From contig JAUCBJ010003651.1 in the NCBI GenBank assembly GCA_032718475.1, forward strand, positions 1-57,030: a stretch of DNA of 57,030 bases. Reading direction: 5' to 3'. Both the position numbers and the translations under genes were made by a program. Origin of the DNA: Nemertoderma westbladi (Eukaryota > Animalia > Xenacoelomorpha). The notes beneath the pieces are model-generated. The model made no database searches. It saw nothing but the letters and a program-made list of their open reading frames with translations, and was not told the DNA's origin. Positions 26,370 to 38,309 of the stretch are shown in pieces (position 1 is the first letter of the stretch; every line of letters starts with the position of its first letter).

Positions 26370-27600
26370 CAGCTGCATTTTTAAGAATGATGTGTCGGCT
26401 TGTCGACAAAATTGCGCCGCCACAACTTCCTATCACCCATGACATTTGCTAGATCATCTGCATCTTCAAGGCCAGTGTCCTTTAAGATGCGTCTCAAGAA
26501 TGTCATGGGCCACCATAAGCGTCCACCATGCTTATTCACTCTATGAGGCTGTCAAAGCAAAAGATTATGCACTGGCTGGTGGCTGGTCCTCAAGGCGAAA
26601 TAAATGTCCTGCATAGCGGAGGCGGCTTTATTCTAGTGTCAAGCTTGGGGGAACCAATGAGACAACTCCAATATTATATAGTGTCTGGTTGGAGCTGTGT
26701 GCATTGTACTTGTCACAGTGAACCCGGCGTAGCATTCTTGTGAATGTGCCATCCAGAGATTTGGTGTGCTCAGCAGTTAGAGCCCAGCATGGACTCCCAT
26801 AGAGGAGCACTGGAACTCTGCTGCTCTAAATAATTGGACCTTAAGTTTCTGATTAATTCTATTTTGACTTCCAAATCATGTAAAGCCCATTCAAGGCTGC
26901 CCATGCCTTTCCCTTACATATTCGAAGGACCTCACCTGACTTCCGGATCAATGATCCCAGGTAACAGAAGTCGTCACATGGTCAAGAATACAATCCTTTG
27001 AGCTTATGCTCATCCGGTCAGAGACTTGCTGAGGACTTTTAAAGTTAACTGTCAAAATTTTGATCTTTTTGGAGTTAATAAAAAGACCAACCCTAGAAGC
27101 AGCCAGTTCTAATGAGCTGAGGAGCCGCTGGGCTCCCTCTAGTGATTCTGGGAGTACTCCTAAGTCATCAGCAAAGTCTAGATCAGTCAGGTACTTGGTA
27201 AGATTTCCTCGACTTCTGGAGCCAGTAGGTGGAGTTACCATCACCCCATCATCATTATGATGATCTAAGGACATGCGTAGAACATAGTCAACCACAATTA
27301 TGAACAAGAATGGTGCAAGTGTGTCTCCCTGGAGGACGCCCCATAATACTTCAAATGGTTCTGTGTCACCGTCAACAGTAGACACAAATGTTGTCGAACC
27401 ATCGTATACTGATCTGATTGCTGCTATTATTTCATCAGGAATCCCATATAATGAAAGTATGCTGAACATACGTGAGCGAGAGACTGAATCAAAGGCCTTG
27501 AAGAAGTCAACAAATATAACAGCCAGATGCCTGTCTTTCTTTTTTGATAACTCTTCAATTATCCTTCTAAGTGAAATCAGACTTGGGTGAACAAGACACA
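26370..27600 (-). mobile_element. 5'-truncated, degraded RTE-clade LINE (RT and C-terminal region)
   Basis: IFVDFFKAFDSV, GVLQGDTLAPFLFIIVVDY, DLDFADDL, then LLYGSPCWALT..LDGTFTRMLRR and RLRYAGH in shifted frames. Confidence 0.88.
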
Positions 27601-27841
27601 ACATTACTATAATTAATTATAAAATATTTAAAACAAAATTGAATTTGATTAGATTTGCACAAATTTTTATCTTTAAAACATTAATGGGTTGCTTTTAGTT
27701 GTTTGGTTGGCTAGCAGTAATCATTACTCCCCCCCCCCCCCCCCCCCCCCCCTCCAATTGACCGATGATACTAGTTGGATACACTCGCTCACCGCTGCTA
27801 CAGTCAACTCCTACAATGCACTTCACACCAACTACTTTTTT

Positions 27842-28078
27842 TCAAAGAACAAGAAGAACAACAAAAGGAAAGAAGCTTATCGGGTACTTATTTCTATTGG
27901 ACGGATCGCAGCAGAACTGGATGTCCTTATTTCTCACACGAGTTTGTGTGTTTGTTTTTGTCAACAAACAACTTCTTGCACTTAATGTTGATGGAATTGG
28001 ATGAAACTTTCATGATAGGTCCATTGTCGGACCTAGTTGTGTATCCAAGGTTTTGGTTGCGAGGGACCTGTTGGTTGC
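27842..28078 (-). pseudogene. Candidate last exon of the membrane-protein gene (in-frame TGA at 28010-28012)
   Basis: Acceptor ttcactgtaggtag; ATNRSLATKTLDTQLGPTMDLS*KFHPI...; weak resemblance to the BRICHOS C-terminal Cys region. Confidence 0.3.
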
Positions 28079-28642
28079 CTACCTACAGTGAAATTTATTC
28101 TAGAATGACCGATCATAATCGTAGAATTCACTCAATCAAACTTCTGTCGACACCCCAAAGGGAGCATTTATTGGACATGCTTTCGGCAAAATTTTGCTTT
28201 ATTTCGATTAGAATAGTAGGAGAAGATACATTTCCTGCAAACAGTGATTTTTTTAACATACACGCAAATTTAGTGGTTACAGATGTAAGTGCCTCTATTT
28301 ATACACTATGTTGCTACCGAAGAGACCGGCGACTTAATGGTAGGGTAGTATCATTAGTTCGATAATTTTTCCTCCGTGATTGTAAGCAATGTTAAATTTA
28401 ATCATTATCTCCATAGCCACTGTAATACAAAAATTTATTTTTTGTGTTATATAATATTAAACCGCCATGAAGACCAATGCGTCATTAATTAAAGAAAAGC
28501 GATCAAATAAAGACCTATCTCACTAAACCTCCCCACAATAACCATTATTATACCAAACAATATGTACTGTACATTGTCTACTGTACGTGCACATATAAAA
28601 TTTTAATTATCCATTTCTGCAATATAGTACAGCCAAATTTAC

Positions 28643-28846
28643 CCTGTTACTATCGATGGGGGATTTGTGATGAAGAACGACTTTGTAGATTACGACTCCA
28701 GCGGAACAGAGAAGTATCATGCAAATTACAGTGCCAACAATGAGTAGTAGTTGAGTGCGGGGAGGCAATTTGAATCTCATCTGTCCGCATTTAACTGATG
28801 TCTCCTTACTGGGAGGTATGTCAACAGGAACTGTTGATTCTTCAGC
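28643..28846 (-). CDS. Coding exon 2 of a type II transmembrane protein (68 aa, one TM helix)
   Basis: Acceptor ttattttcatttAG, donor GTaaat, 204 nt, phase 0/0; AEESTVPVDIPPSKETSVKCGQMRFKLPPRTQLLLIVGTVICMILLCSAGVVIYKVVLHHKSPIDSNR. Confidence 0.7.
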
Positions 28847-29203
28847 CTAAATGAAAATAAATAAATTGCATTGACCAGTGCGAAAAAATAAATTATTTGA
28901 CGAGAAAAAACACATTACTGGTAGATGATGCAAAGTATACAGTAGTTACCGGTAGTTCTTCAGAGGTGAAGTAAAGTAAAAGGGAGTGAGTGTTGCACAT
29001 AACTAAAACCGAATAAGTGTTCTAAAACACGTCATTCTTTACCAAGTAAAGGTATCTTTTAATATTTCTTTTATTTTTGATCTTTAGGGTGTTTAAAAAG
29101 TAATAAAATTTAATTTAAAACATTAAGAAAGGAAATTGTTTTATACCCATCCTAGATATTTGAAGAAATAGATGGTATATATCTGGCGGGCCTTCCCCAT
29201 CAG

Positions 29204-29320
29204 ATAAGGCCGCATTTTGGAGGTTCACTTTTTTGCCCAAAAGTCCATTACTTTACATTACTAATAAGGCCGCATTTTGGAGGTTCACTTTTTTGCCCAA
29301 AAGTCCATTACTTTACATTA
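29204..29320 (+). repeat. Tandem duplication, 60-bp period (intronic)
   Basis: ataaggccgcattttggaggttcacttttttgcccaaaagtccattactttacatta twice. Confidence 0.95.
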
Positions 29321-29351
29321 ACTAATCTGTGGGACTGCTAAGATTACTGAC

Positions 29352-29396
29352 CTTAACTTCCTCCTTCTCCGGAGGATGATTTGTTATAACAGTCAT
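29352..29396 (-). CDS. Coding exon 1 (MTVITNHPPEKEEVK) of the type II membrane protein; exon starts at 29460 with 5' UTR
   Basis: Acceptor ttttttattttAG at 29461-29462, ATG at 29396, donor AAG|GTcagt, phase 0 matches next exon; upstream donor GTaagc at 29597. Confidence 0.65.
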
Positions 29397-30416
29397 GACG
29401 TCGACGTCAAGATTATTGGTGACAAGTACAATTTAGAACTCGAACAGTAAATAAGTAAGTCTAAAATAAAAAATATTAACTACAATAAAATATTTAATAG
29501 GCTAGATTCCTTTCAAGGATATTACAAAAAATTAATATAAAATGATAAACAACATTGTATTTATTATAAGATATTGTTGGCAGTGAAAGGGGCTTACCGG
29601 CTGACGGTATTACTGCGTAATGTAGGCCTACTGCTCTATTCTATGGTAAACTCCATCCACAAAGGGCTGACTTGACATTTACATCAGATTTAGTTAAACA
29701 AAGCCTTACGTAATGTGATTGCCAACTTTTTGACCCAAAGTGCAAAACAATTACACAATAACGTGCTTTAAGAACGACAAATATTTTCAACCAGGAACTC
29801 AGGTAGCCCAATCGGCATCCTATTAAACATAAAGAGACCGGCCGATACACTCACCCAATAAGTAATAGCAGGGTAATAGTTTATTGTTATGATTTAATAA
29901 AAACTGTTGGTATCCGAAAGGGCAATGTGCCAGAGCTAGGATCATGTCCATCCCATCCAGACTTCTTGTTACTGTAAACCATGAAACGCAAATACTGTAG
30001 TGCTTATTATTTTATTGGATAACTAGGCCTATTATTGCGATGTATATTATTTTGCCATATTTGGCTATGGATTTTGGAAATAGTCGGGGCTCGATTACAA
30101 GATATTTTATTTAGCCTCTGTTTAGTTGTTGTGAAAATCTACGCAAATACCAGTGCATCACTCCCAAAAATAAAAATTAGATAAAAATTAATTAAATAAC
30201 ATTCCATATTATGCATCAACATTCCTTTATATTTACATTATTAATATATTCATCTCCTCTTAATTTAAAAACCATACCACAATTGCAATGGGTCTATTAA
30301 ATTCGGCTTACAGCCAAATAAATTTAATAATAACACTTTACATAGTCGTCTCCGGTCTCCAGTAAAAATATGTGAGGTGTCACTGAAATGAAAAATTGTT
30401 ATTTCAGAAGGATTAT

Positions 30417-30669
30417 GGCCCATGTGAAGAATACCAGACTGTTGCAGTTACCCCCATGTGAAGGTTTCACCAAAAACACAGGTTACAGAAGGGCTGAATC
30501 TATCCAAAACAAAATTCGAATTAGTATATGTACAAGTTATAAGACAGAAATAAGCGCTGTAAAACACTTAATAAAGATAAATTAAAAAAAATGAAAAATC
30601 TGCTTCATGTATGAAATTCAAATAAAAAGTCGACCGAAAAGTGAAATCCTGGTATTCTTCACATGGGCG
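30417..30669. mobile_element. 253-bp MITE with 20-bp TIR and 8-bp TSD (Merlin- or hAT-like)
   Basis: gcccatgtgaagaataccag / ctggtattcttcacatgggc; aggattat at 30409-30416 and 30670-30677. Confidence 0.85.
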
Positions 30670-30817
30670 AGGATTATCGCACAATAGAATGTTACCTCAT
30701 CGATATCGAAAGCGCTTTCAAAATCCCGGGACTGATAATTCACGAACTTCTAGAAGATTCGACGGAAGATGTGAGTGAATCGTCGTAGCTTTACTAGTAG
30801 ATAATAACGAGTAAATA

Positions 30818-31155
30818 GGTGATCTACCGGTACCATTATAATTAAAACAATTACTATGAATGAGGTGATTTACCGGTACCATTATAGTTCAAACAATTAC
30901 TATGAATGAGGTGATCTACCGGTACCATTATAGTTCAAACAATTACTATGAATGAGGTGATCTACCGGTACCATAATAGTTCAAACAATTACTATGAATG
31001 AGGTGATTTACCAGTACCATTATAGTTCAAACAATTACTATGAATGAGGTGATCTACCGGTACCATTATAGTTCAAACAATTACTATGAATGAGGTGATC
31101 TACCGGTACCATTATAGTTCAAACAATTACTATGAATGAGGTGATCTACCAGTAC
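30818..31155 (+). repeat. 46-bp tandem satellite, block 1
   Basis: Unit ggtgatctaccggtaccattatagttcaaacaattactatgaatga. Confidence 0.96.
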
Positions 31156-32578
31156 TAGTGTTGAGAACTGTAACTGTAATTATACTGTAACTGCAACTGT
31201 AACTGAATGATTTTGATGATTTTTTGATACTGTAACTATAACTGTAACTGTAATTGCGAATTTTGAATACTGTAACTGTAACTGAAACTGTAATTACGAA
31301 TTTTGAATACTGTAACTGTAACTGAAACTGAAATTAACAAAATCCGATTCAGTTCTCAATCACACAATTAACATGAATGAGCATTTAAAACAGTATTGTA
31401 ATAAAGTATAGAGTATAGTTTAATAAATGAATAACAGTGGTTACCATAGGTATCATTTTTAAAACATTGTTATAATAAACAATCTCATTTTTTCCACTTC
31501 TAAACAAAACCATATTATTCCACAATAAAAAGGACCCGTTGTCCACTTTAGCTCAAATGTGATTTATTTGGCGAGTCAAGTAGTGAACGAAGATCTACAG
31601 TAGCATATAGTCTATGTTTATCTGGCTCAACTATTCGACTATTATCAGTTTTGCTTCATATTAAATGTAAATGTTTTATATAAACAAAGAAAAGTTAGGC
31701 CTATTGGTAGATGGATTTTAACGGATATATATTTTACATTATGAATTATTAATGTTACCGGTACTATTAATATCACAATCACACTAGAGGCACACTGGAA
31801 ATTAAATTTTGATCAAGTTTACCATTATAAATTACAAAATTAAACTTAAAAGTGAAAGGAGCAGCCTATCGAGGTGGGTCTAACCAAAACAATAAATATA
31901 TGATTACTAAAACAAATTTCGAATTAAGGAAAATGAGCAGGATTCAGAAGCTTGGCTTTTATAACCAAAACAATAAATGATAACAGTACTGTACAAGCAC
32001 TGAAACAACATGTACAGTAAAATGTGGGTGCCTTAGTGTGATCTTGTGACGTGCCACTTTCATTACATACTATCAGTATATTAGTTACAAAATATTACCA
32101 TAGAGTGGGTCCAACTTTCCTATAATAACTACCTATTAGCTCTAGAAAGAGGACGTTTCGTAATGAACATTATTATTAGCGTATATTACAGTAATATATT
32201 AAAGTGCCTCATTTTTAGTTTCAGATATATTTTTTTTATTTGGCAAGTGATTCGTTTGATTTTTTTGGGCAAGTGACTCATTGGGCAAGTGACTGCAATG
32301 CACCCAGCCCCGATGAGACTACATTAATTCAATGACTGCTTACTACGTGAGATCATATATATTGAATCTATAACTGAAACTGTAACTGAATTTTATCACG
32401 ATCAAAACTGTAACTGAAACTGAAATGCTCAATTTTATAATACTGAAACTGTAACTGTAACTGAAATGTTACACTTTGTAATACTGAAACTGTAACTGTA
32501 ACTGAAATGCAAAACTTTGAATACTGAAACTGTAACTGTAACTGAAATTAGTCAAAATTGATTCAGTTCTCAACACTA
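31156..32578. mobile_element. Non-autonomous hAT DNA transposon inserted in the 46-bp satellite
   Basis: TIR tagtgttgagaactg / cagttctcaacacta; 8-bp TSD accagtac; aactgt/aactga subterminal repeats. Confidence 0.92.
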
Positions 32579-33760
32579 ACCAGTACCATTATAGTTCAAA
32601 CAATTACTATGAATGAGGTGATCTACCGGTACCACTATAGTTCAAACAATTACTATGAATGAGGTGATCTACCGGTACCATTATAGTTCAAACAATTACT
32701 ATGAATGAGGTGATCTACCAGTACCATTATAGTTCAAACAATTACTATGAATGAGGTGATCTACCGGTACCACTATAGTTCAAACAATTACTATGAATGA
32801 GGTGATCTACCAGTACCATTATAGTTCAAACAATTACTATGAATGAGGTGATCTACCGGTACCACTATAGTTCAAACAATTACTATGAATGAGGTGATCT
32901 ACCGGTACCATTATAGTTCAAACAATTACTATGAATGAGGTGATCTACCGGTAGCATTATAGTTCAAACAATTACTATGAATGAGGTGATCTACCGGTAC
33001 TATTATAGTTCAAACAATTACTATGAAAGAGGTGATCTACCGGTACCATTATAGTTCAAACAATTACTATGAATGAGGTGATCTACCGGTACCATTATAG
33101 TTCAAACAATTACTATGACTGAGGTGATCTACCGGTACCATTATAGTTCAAACAATTACTATGAATGAGGTGATCTACCGGTACCATTATAGTTCAAACA
33201 ATCACTATGAATGAGGTGATCTACTGGTACCATTATAGTTCAAACAATTACTATGAATGAGGTGATATGCCGGTACCATTATAGTTCAAACAATTACTAT
33301 GAATGAGGTGATCTACCGGTACCATTATAGTTCAAACAATTACTATGAATGTGATCTACCGTTACTATTATAGTTCAAACAATTACTATGAATGAGGTGA
33401 TCTACCGGTACCATTATAGTTCAAACAATTACTATGAATGAGGTGATCTACCGGTACCATTATAGTTCAAACAATTACTATGAATGAGGTGATCTACCGG
33501 TACCATTATAGTTCAAACAATTACTATGAATGAGGTGATCTACCGGTACCATTATAGTTCAAACAATTACTATGAATGAGGTGATCTACCGGTACCATTA
33601 TAGTACAAACAATTACTATGAATGAGGTGATATACTGGTACCATTATAGTTCAAACAATTACTATGAATGAGGTGATCTACCGGTACCATTATAGTTCAA
33701 ACAATTACTATGAATGAGGTGATCTACCGGTACCATTATAGTTCAAACAATTACTATGAA
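32579..33760 (+). repeat. 46-bp tandem satellite, block 2 (~26 copies)
   Basis: Same unit, highly homogeneous. Confidence 0.97.
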
Positions 33761-34983
33761 TGTTCGCGCTTTTAGACCTTTAGCAGTTTAACCTGCTAAT
33801 TTTAGGTGTCTTTTGTATATCAATTATTTAATGTACTGAAGGTACATCAGCCGAAGCCAGCCTGTGCGCGACCATTCACCCACAGTTAAGGGAGACTGGA
33901 TTCGGATGCTTTGATAGTGATTGCAGTGTAGACCTGCTGTATTATTCGATTGATCGTTAATATATAATCTCTGACAATATTATTCACTTTCGGGGAAATA
34001 TTAACAGTTCCTTTAGGACGTGGCGCTTTAAGTATAAAACAGTAGTTATGACTTATACTAATCACAACTGGATGGCTACTGAGATTCGTAAAAGGCGCAT
34101 TCTTTAGGAGATGCTTTATTAACCTTCACACTACTTCACACGACTTCACACTAGTTCACACTACTGGGCACTGATCTGCCGACCGTCACTGAATTTAATC
34201 ATATATAAGGAGGATCGCAACTGACACATGTAGGGATTATGAAATAGCATTCAATTCACACAAAACCACTATAATGTAAGTCGCAGTTGCTACCGGTAAA
34301 CCTGTTCCTCTAACCTTTAGTAATCAAAGAGATTGAGGGTTTTATGATTATTCATCGGTATTCTCCAAATATATCAGCAATATATACCATTATAACACAG
34401 TAACACCAATTAATAACAGAATCAAATAATGCGGTGAACAGTCATAATGTTAGTTGAATCGCGTTGCGTGATGCCGCGATGTGGCGGTGTGCTGCGCCGT
34501 GAGTCTGCTGTGCGCTATGTTAATAGTTTAACGTTCCTTTGATCAAAGCCATCTCATGTTTCTGAGGTTTAGGTCAAAGTCTGAAACTTCCACAGAAGTA
34601 CAGAAGAATCCTAAGCCGGTGTTCTGGGCTTTGAAAGATACACACTGACTGAATTGCGTGAGTTTCTGTATGCACTGTCCAACATAAAATGAAAATCGCT
34701 CTGATTGGTCGAGCCGAACAAAGAACAAAGAAAGCCAAAAAGCTCCACGTCGACATATCAGCTGATAGATGTCGTCATCTGAACTACACTGTATCAAGAG
34801 TATTTTGGCGTATTGCGGCATAAAATGGCTTGTTATGTCCGCTAAAGTACACATACAGAAAAATGGCTTTTTATGTCCACTAAAACACCTACACAGTAAG
34901 AAAACGGCTTTTTATGTCCGCTAAAACACCTACAGAGTACTTTGTGGGGAAAATAACTGGCTAGATCCGCAAAAGCCTTTACA
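33761..34983 (-). repeat. 3' LTR of BEL copy 1 (1223 bp)
   Basis: tgttcgcgct...gcctttaca; short purine-rich GGGAGCAG precedes it on the minus strand. Confidence 0.95.
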
Positions 34984-35061
34984 CTGCTCCCAGAAAATGG
35001 GATTTAATTCTATAAAATATAAAAAATCACAGTTTCTAAAATATAAAAATACTCTAAACAG

Positions 35062-36600
35062 TTAGTCTTTCTTGCGCGAATGGCGTTTACACAGTTTTGT
35101 GAGGCTAGCAAAAGTCCTTTTCTCTTTGGGGCGAGCCACTTTACTAGGAGGGCTATAACTCCTGGGTGAAGGGTGCAATACAATTGCATCGGAAGGTTTA
35201 GGATGACGGTCGGTGTATCTGCCGGTCGAGGTACTCGGTTGATCGGTATCAACCTCAGTGGAACGAGGTCGAACAACCTTCAGAGCGCGTTTCAAGACAG
35301 CAGCTCTTACTGGTCCCTGACGATTCGTCTGCACAAGAGCGGTAGGTGGACCGTGTGTAGTGAGAAATTTCCTCGGTTTGATGGTTCTTTCCGACTCGCG
35401 TTCTCGGGCTCTGTCGAAATCGATATGCTTCTCCTCGAGCTGATTTTCCTTCGAAGCATTCGTCTAAAACTCGTTTAGAGAGTAGGGTCGTCCAAGTTCG
35501 ATATCTTCTTAGAGATTCTGGATTTCCCGATCGAACTGAAATAAAGCCAACTCGTTCACCGCTTGGACTTGCTGCTGCAACTCACGTTCCTCCAAACAAT
35601 CGTAGGTTCCTTTTCTGATCTTTTGACGAATAGTGTCCAACGCGTTTCATACAACTCTCTCCTCCACCTCGGTGACAGGTTGTATCGGGTTAAACAGGGA
35701 CGATTATATGGTTGAATGGCGATATTAGGTGTCCGCGTCCCAATCCGGCTAGGTAAGATGGGCGAATATCTAGGGAGCCCACAACCGGAGTGCCACCAAC
35801 TAATTGTTCGGGTAACACTAGATCTTTGAACAGTGAGTGCAGTTCAGGAGGATCCGTCATACTATTAGGATCAAGAGTCTGAGGTCTCACCAGGGAATGA
35901 GGAGGTCTGACCGAGTATTCCGGAACTCCGATCATGGGTTTATTTAAGGATCGTTTGAGTCGAGCGAGCGTAGGTGATACATCGAACAAGTTTCGCTCGA
36001 AACTCCCGTAAATATAGCGAGTAAAACTGTGTTTAGCGCAACGTCTCCGCGGATGTTTGTCTTTCCGTTTGTTGGTTGGGTCTAGGGCATTCATCGTAAT
36101 AATACCAAAGACGCACGTCTTGTAGGGGAAACGCTGGTGATCTTTCTCCAGTTTTACAACGTCTCTCTCAAGAATTCCAAATATACGTTGAAGTCACTGC
36201 GTTTATCCGGTTCTTTAACGTCTTCTCTTTCGAGTTGGTTTCGAATAGAATTTTCGTGTTCGATTCTCAGTTTATTGTTCCGACTCCGCTGGGTATGATA
36301 TTTAAATAGGATCATTTCCCTTTCGGTGTCGACATCGTCCGTATCATGTAAATCGATAGGATGACCAGTAGTTAAGAAGTCCATATACGTACCATTACGA
36401 TGCGTATAGCGAGCGGTGAATTTTCTATAGTCCAATTCACGCGTGAGTTGTTCCTTTGACATTGGCGGTTCGATATAACGGCCATCGTCCTCCGTAGTAG
36501 GTTGACTAACATCGCCGCGTATTAAACTATCAACAAACGCTTGCAATGGTGGGGTATATCGCTCCCTGATACCAAGATCATCTTCTATCAACTCAGTCAT
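35062..36600 (-). pseudogene. Accessory ORF of BEL copy 1 (unknown function), disrupted
   Basis: Track ORFs 36154..36600, 35690..36094 and 35062..35334 join via frameshifts (GA-run slip near 36165) and several stops; N- and C-termini homologous to the copy 2 accessory ORF. Confidence 0.7.
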
Positions 36601-36639
36601 AGCTGCTATATGAGTTTATCGATATTATAATTAATCATA

Positions 36640-38100
36640 ATTAGGCTAGCGGTCGTTGCTGCCTACCCCTCAATGCCCCCGGACAGCGCAAGATCCTCAA
36701 CGCTGATATACTGTCGCCGCTGTGTCTATCGCCAACGTAGTAGCTGCACAACGACAACAACAACCAGCGCGAGTCACTCCACTGTCCGTCCCAAGGGCTT
36801 AGATTTACTTCAGGTTCTTACTGCAGGGTTAGGGCTACTTTCACAACTGCGACTCGCTACTGTAAACACACTTTAGTAGTAACATTCACCTATAAACGCA
36901 CAAATTCCACACAACTGTCACAAATTGTACACATTCGGGCCATTTGTCCGTTAGTCAAGTGCCTTCCAGAATGCCACGTTATTATTATGTATCTCTGGAT
37001 ACTAGCAGTGTGCTATTTATTCCGTATGCTATTCAATGGGGCAAGCTTTCTATTGCTCTTTTAACTCGCTTCTAATTCTAGCGTGGTTGTTGCTATGGTG
37101 ACATTATGGAAAGCTAGCGGTAGAATTAGGGTAATTCTCATGCATACAGATCTGGGATGCTATTTAATAGTAATTCTTTAATTGTCAATATTCCCCTTTA
37201 TACATGATTTTATGAATTTTATCGGCTATTGACTATATATTGGAGATTCTCGCACACTAATACACTTAATAGGGTGAATCTCCGCTCCCATGATCTATTA
37301 ATTAATGGAATTTTGGGAATGTTATAAATTGTATAAAAATGACAATTTATCAAATTCATTAAAAGAGATGAATTTAAATTTATTCCCGTAAATTTTATTA
37401 TTTAATGTTGGAATAAGCACAATTTTATTCCAGAGCATGTCTGGGAACTGGGATCCTTGATTCTAGGAAATTTGTCCTTTTAAGAGTATCGGTAAGTGCT
37501 ACGATATCTTAATCGACTAGAATTTTAAAGGATCTAAAATTTAACAGATTTTAATTTATAGATTTTCTAGAGTTAACTTGTAAGTATTTACTCTATTGTA
37601 TTTGTTTGACAGATTTTATAAATATTAATAGTTAATATTTAAGATGGGCACCGGTTTATTCCAGAACTTGTCTGGGGACGTTAACCACTGATTCTAGAAA
37701 TTTGTCTTTCAAGTATATCGGTGGGTGCCGCGATATCTTAATCGACTAGAATTACAGATGGTCAAAGGGTTTAACAGATTTATTTTGCGTTGTACGCTAC
37801 TGTTAAAGGGACATCACGCTACTATATGTATTATTTAATATACGGTATGAGAGCAATATTGCAAGAAGCAATGTCAGTGAGAAGAGGCAAGTCGTTTCCA
37901 AGGTCTACCCAGAGCTTGGTTTAGCCGAGACACGAGGATCTGAATTTTGCATTCCTAATACTCTACTTACCAATAATACTTGAATATAGTAGGAGCTTTA
38001 TTGTACTTTAAGAAGTACGGACATTTCATCTTACTGTAGTCACGCATTTGTAATGTAATACGGACAGTAAGGAAAGAGAAAAAGAATTATTTCTCGCCGT
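36640..38100. other. Conserved, hairpin-rich non-coding region between Gag-PR and the accessory ORF
   Basis: Many stems kept in copy 2 (54520-55900) with loop changes; ~100-bp direct repeat at 37424-37525 and 37656-37753. Confidence 0.6.
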
Positions 38101-38309
38101 TGCACTAAATATATAATATAATATAATTAAGTAAGTAATAAACACTAATATATATTGCACTAATCTACTAAATAATCGCTAAAATAACATTCTACTAAAT
38201 AAAATTAAAGAAAACGATTATAATAAAATTACATAATAATACATACATAAATATAAAATAATAAAAACAAATATAAAATAATATAGTCACACACCCACTC
38301 CAGACGCTG

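Noticed and set aside
27775-28365. 196-aa plus-strand ORF
   Set aside because: No recognisable motif; overlaps minus-strand exon candidates
34543-34854. Short ORFs inside the LTRs (also 46034-46314)
   Set aside because: The longer one is truncated by a stop in the other LTR, and none is kept in copy 2
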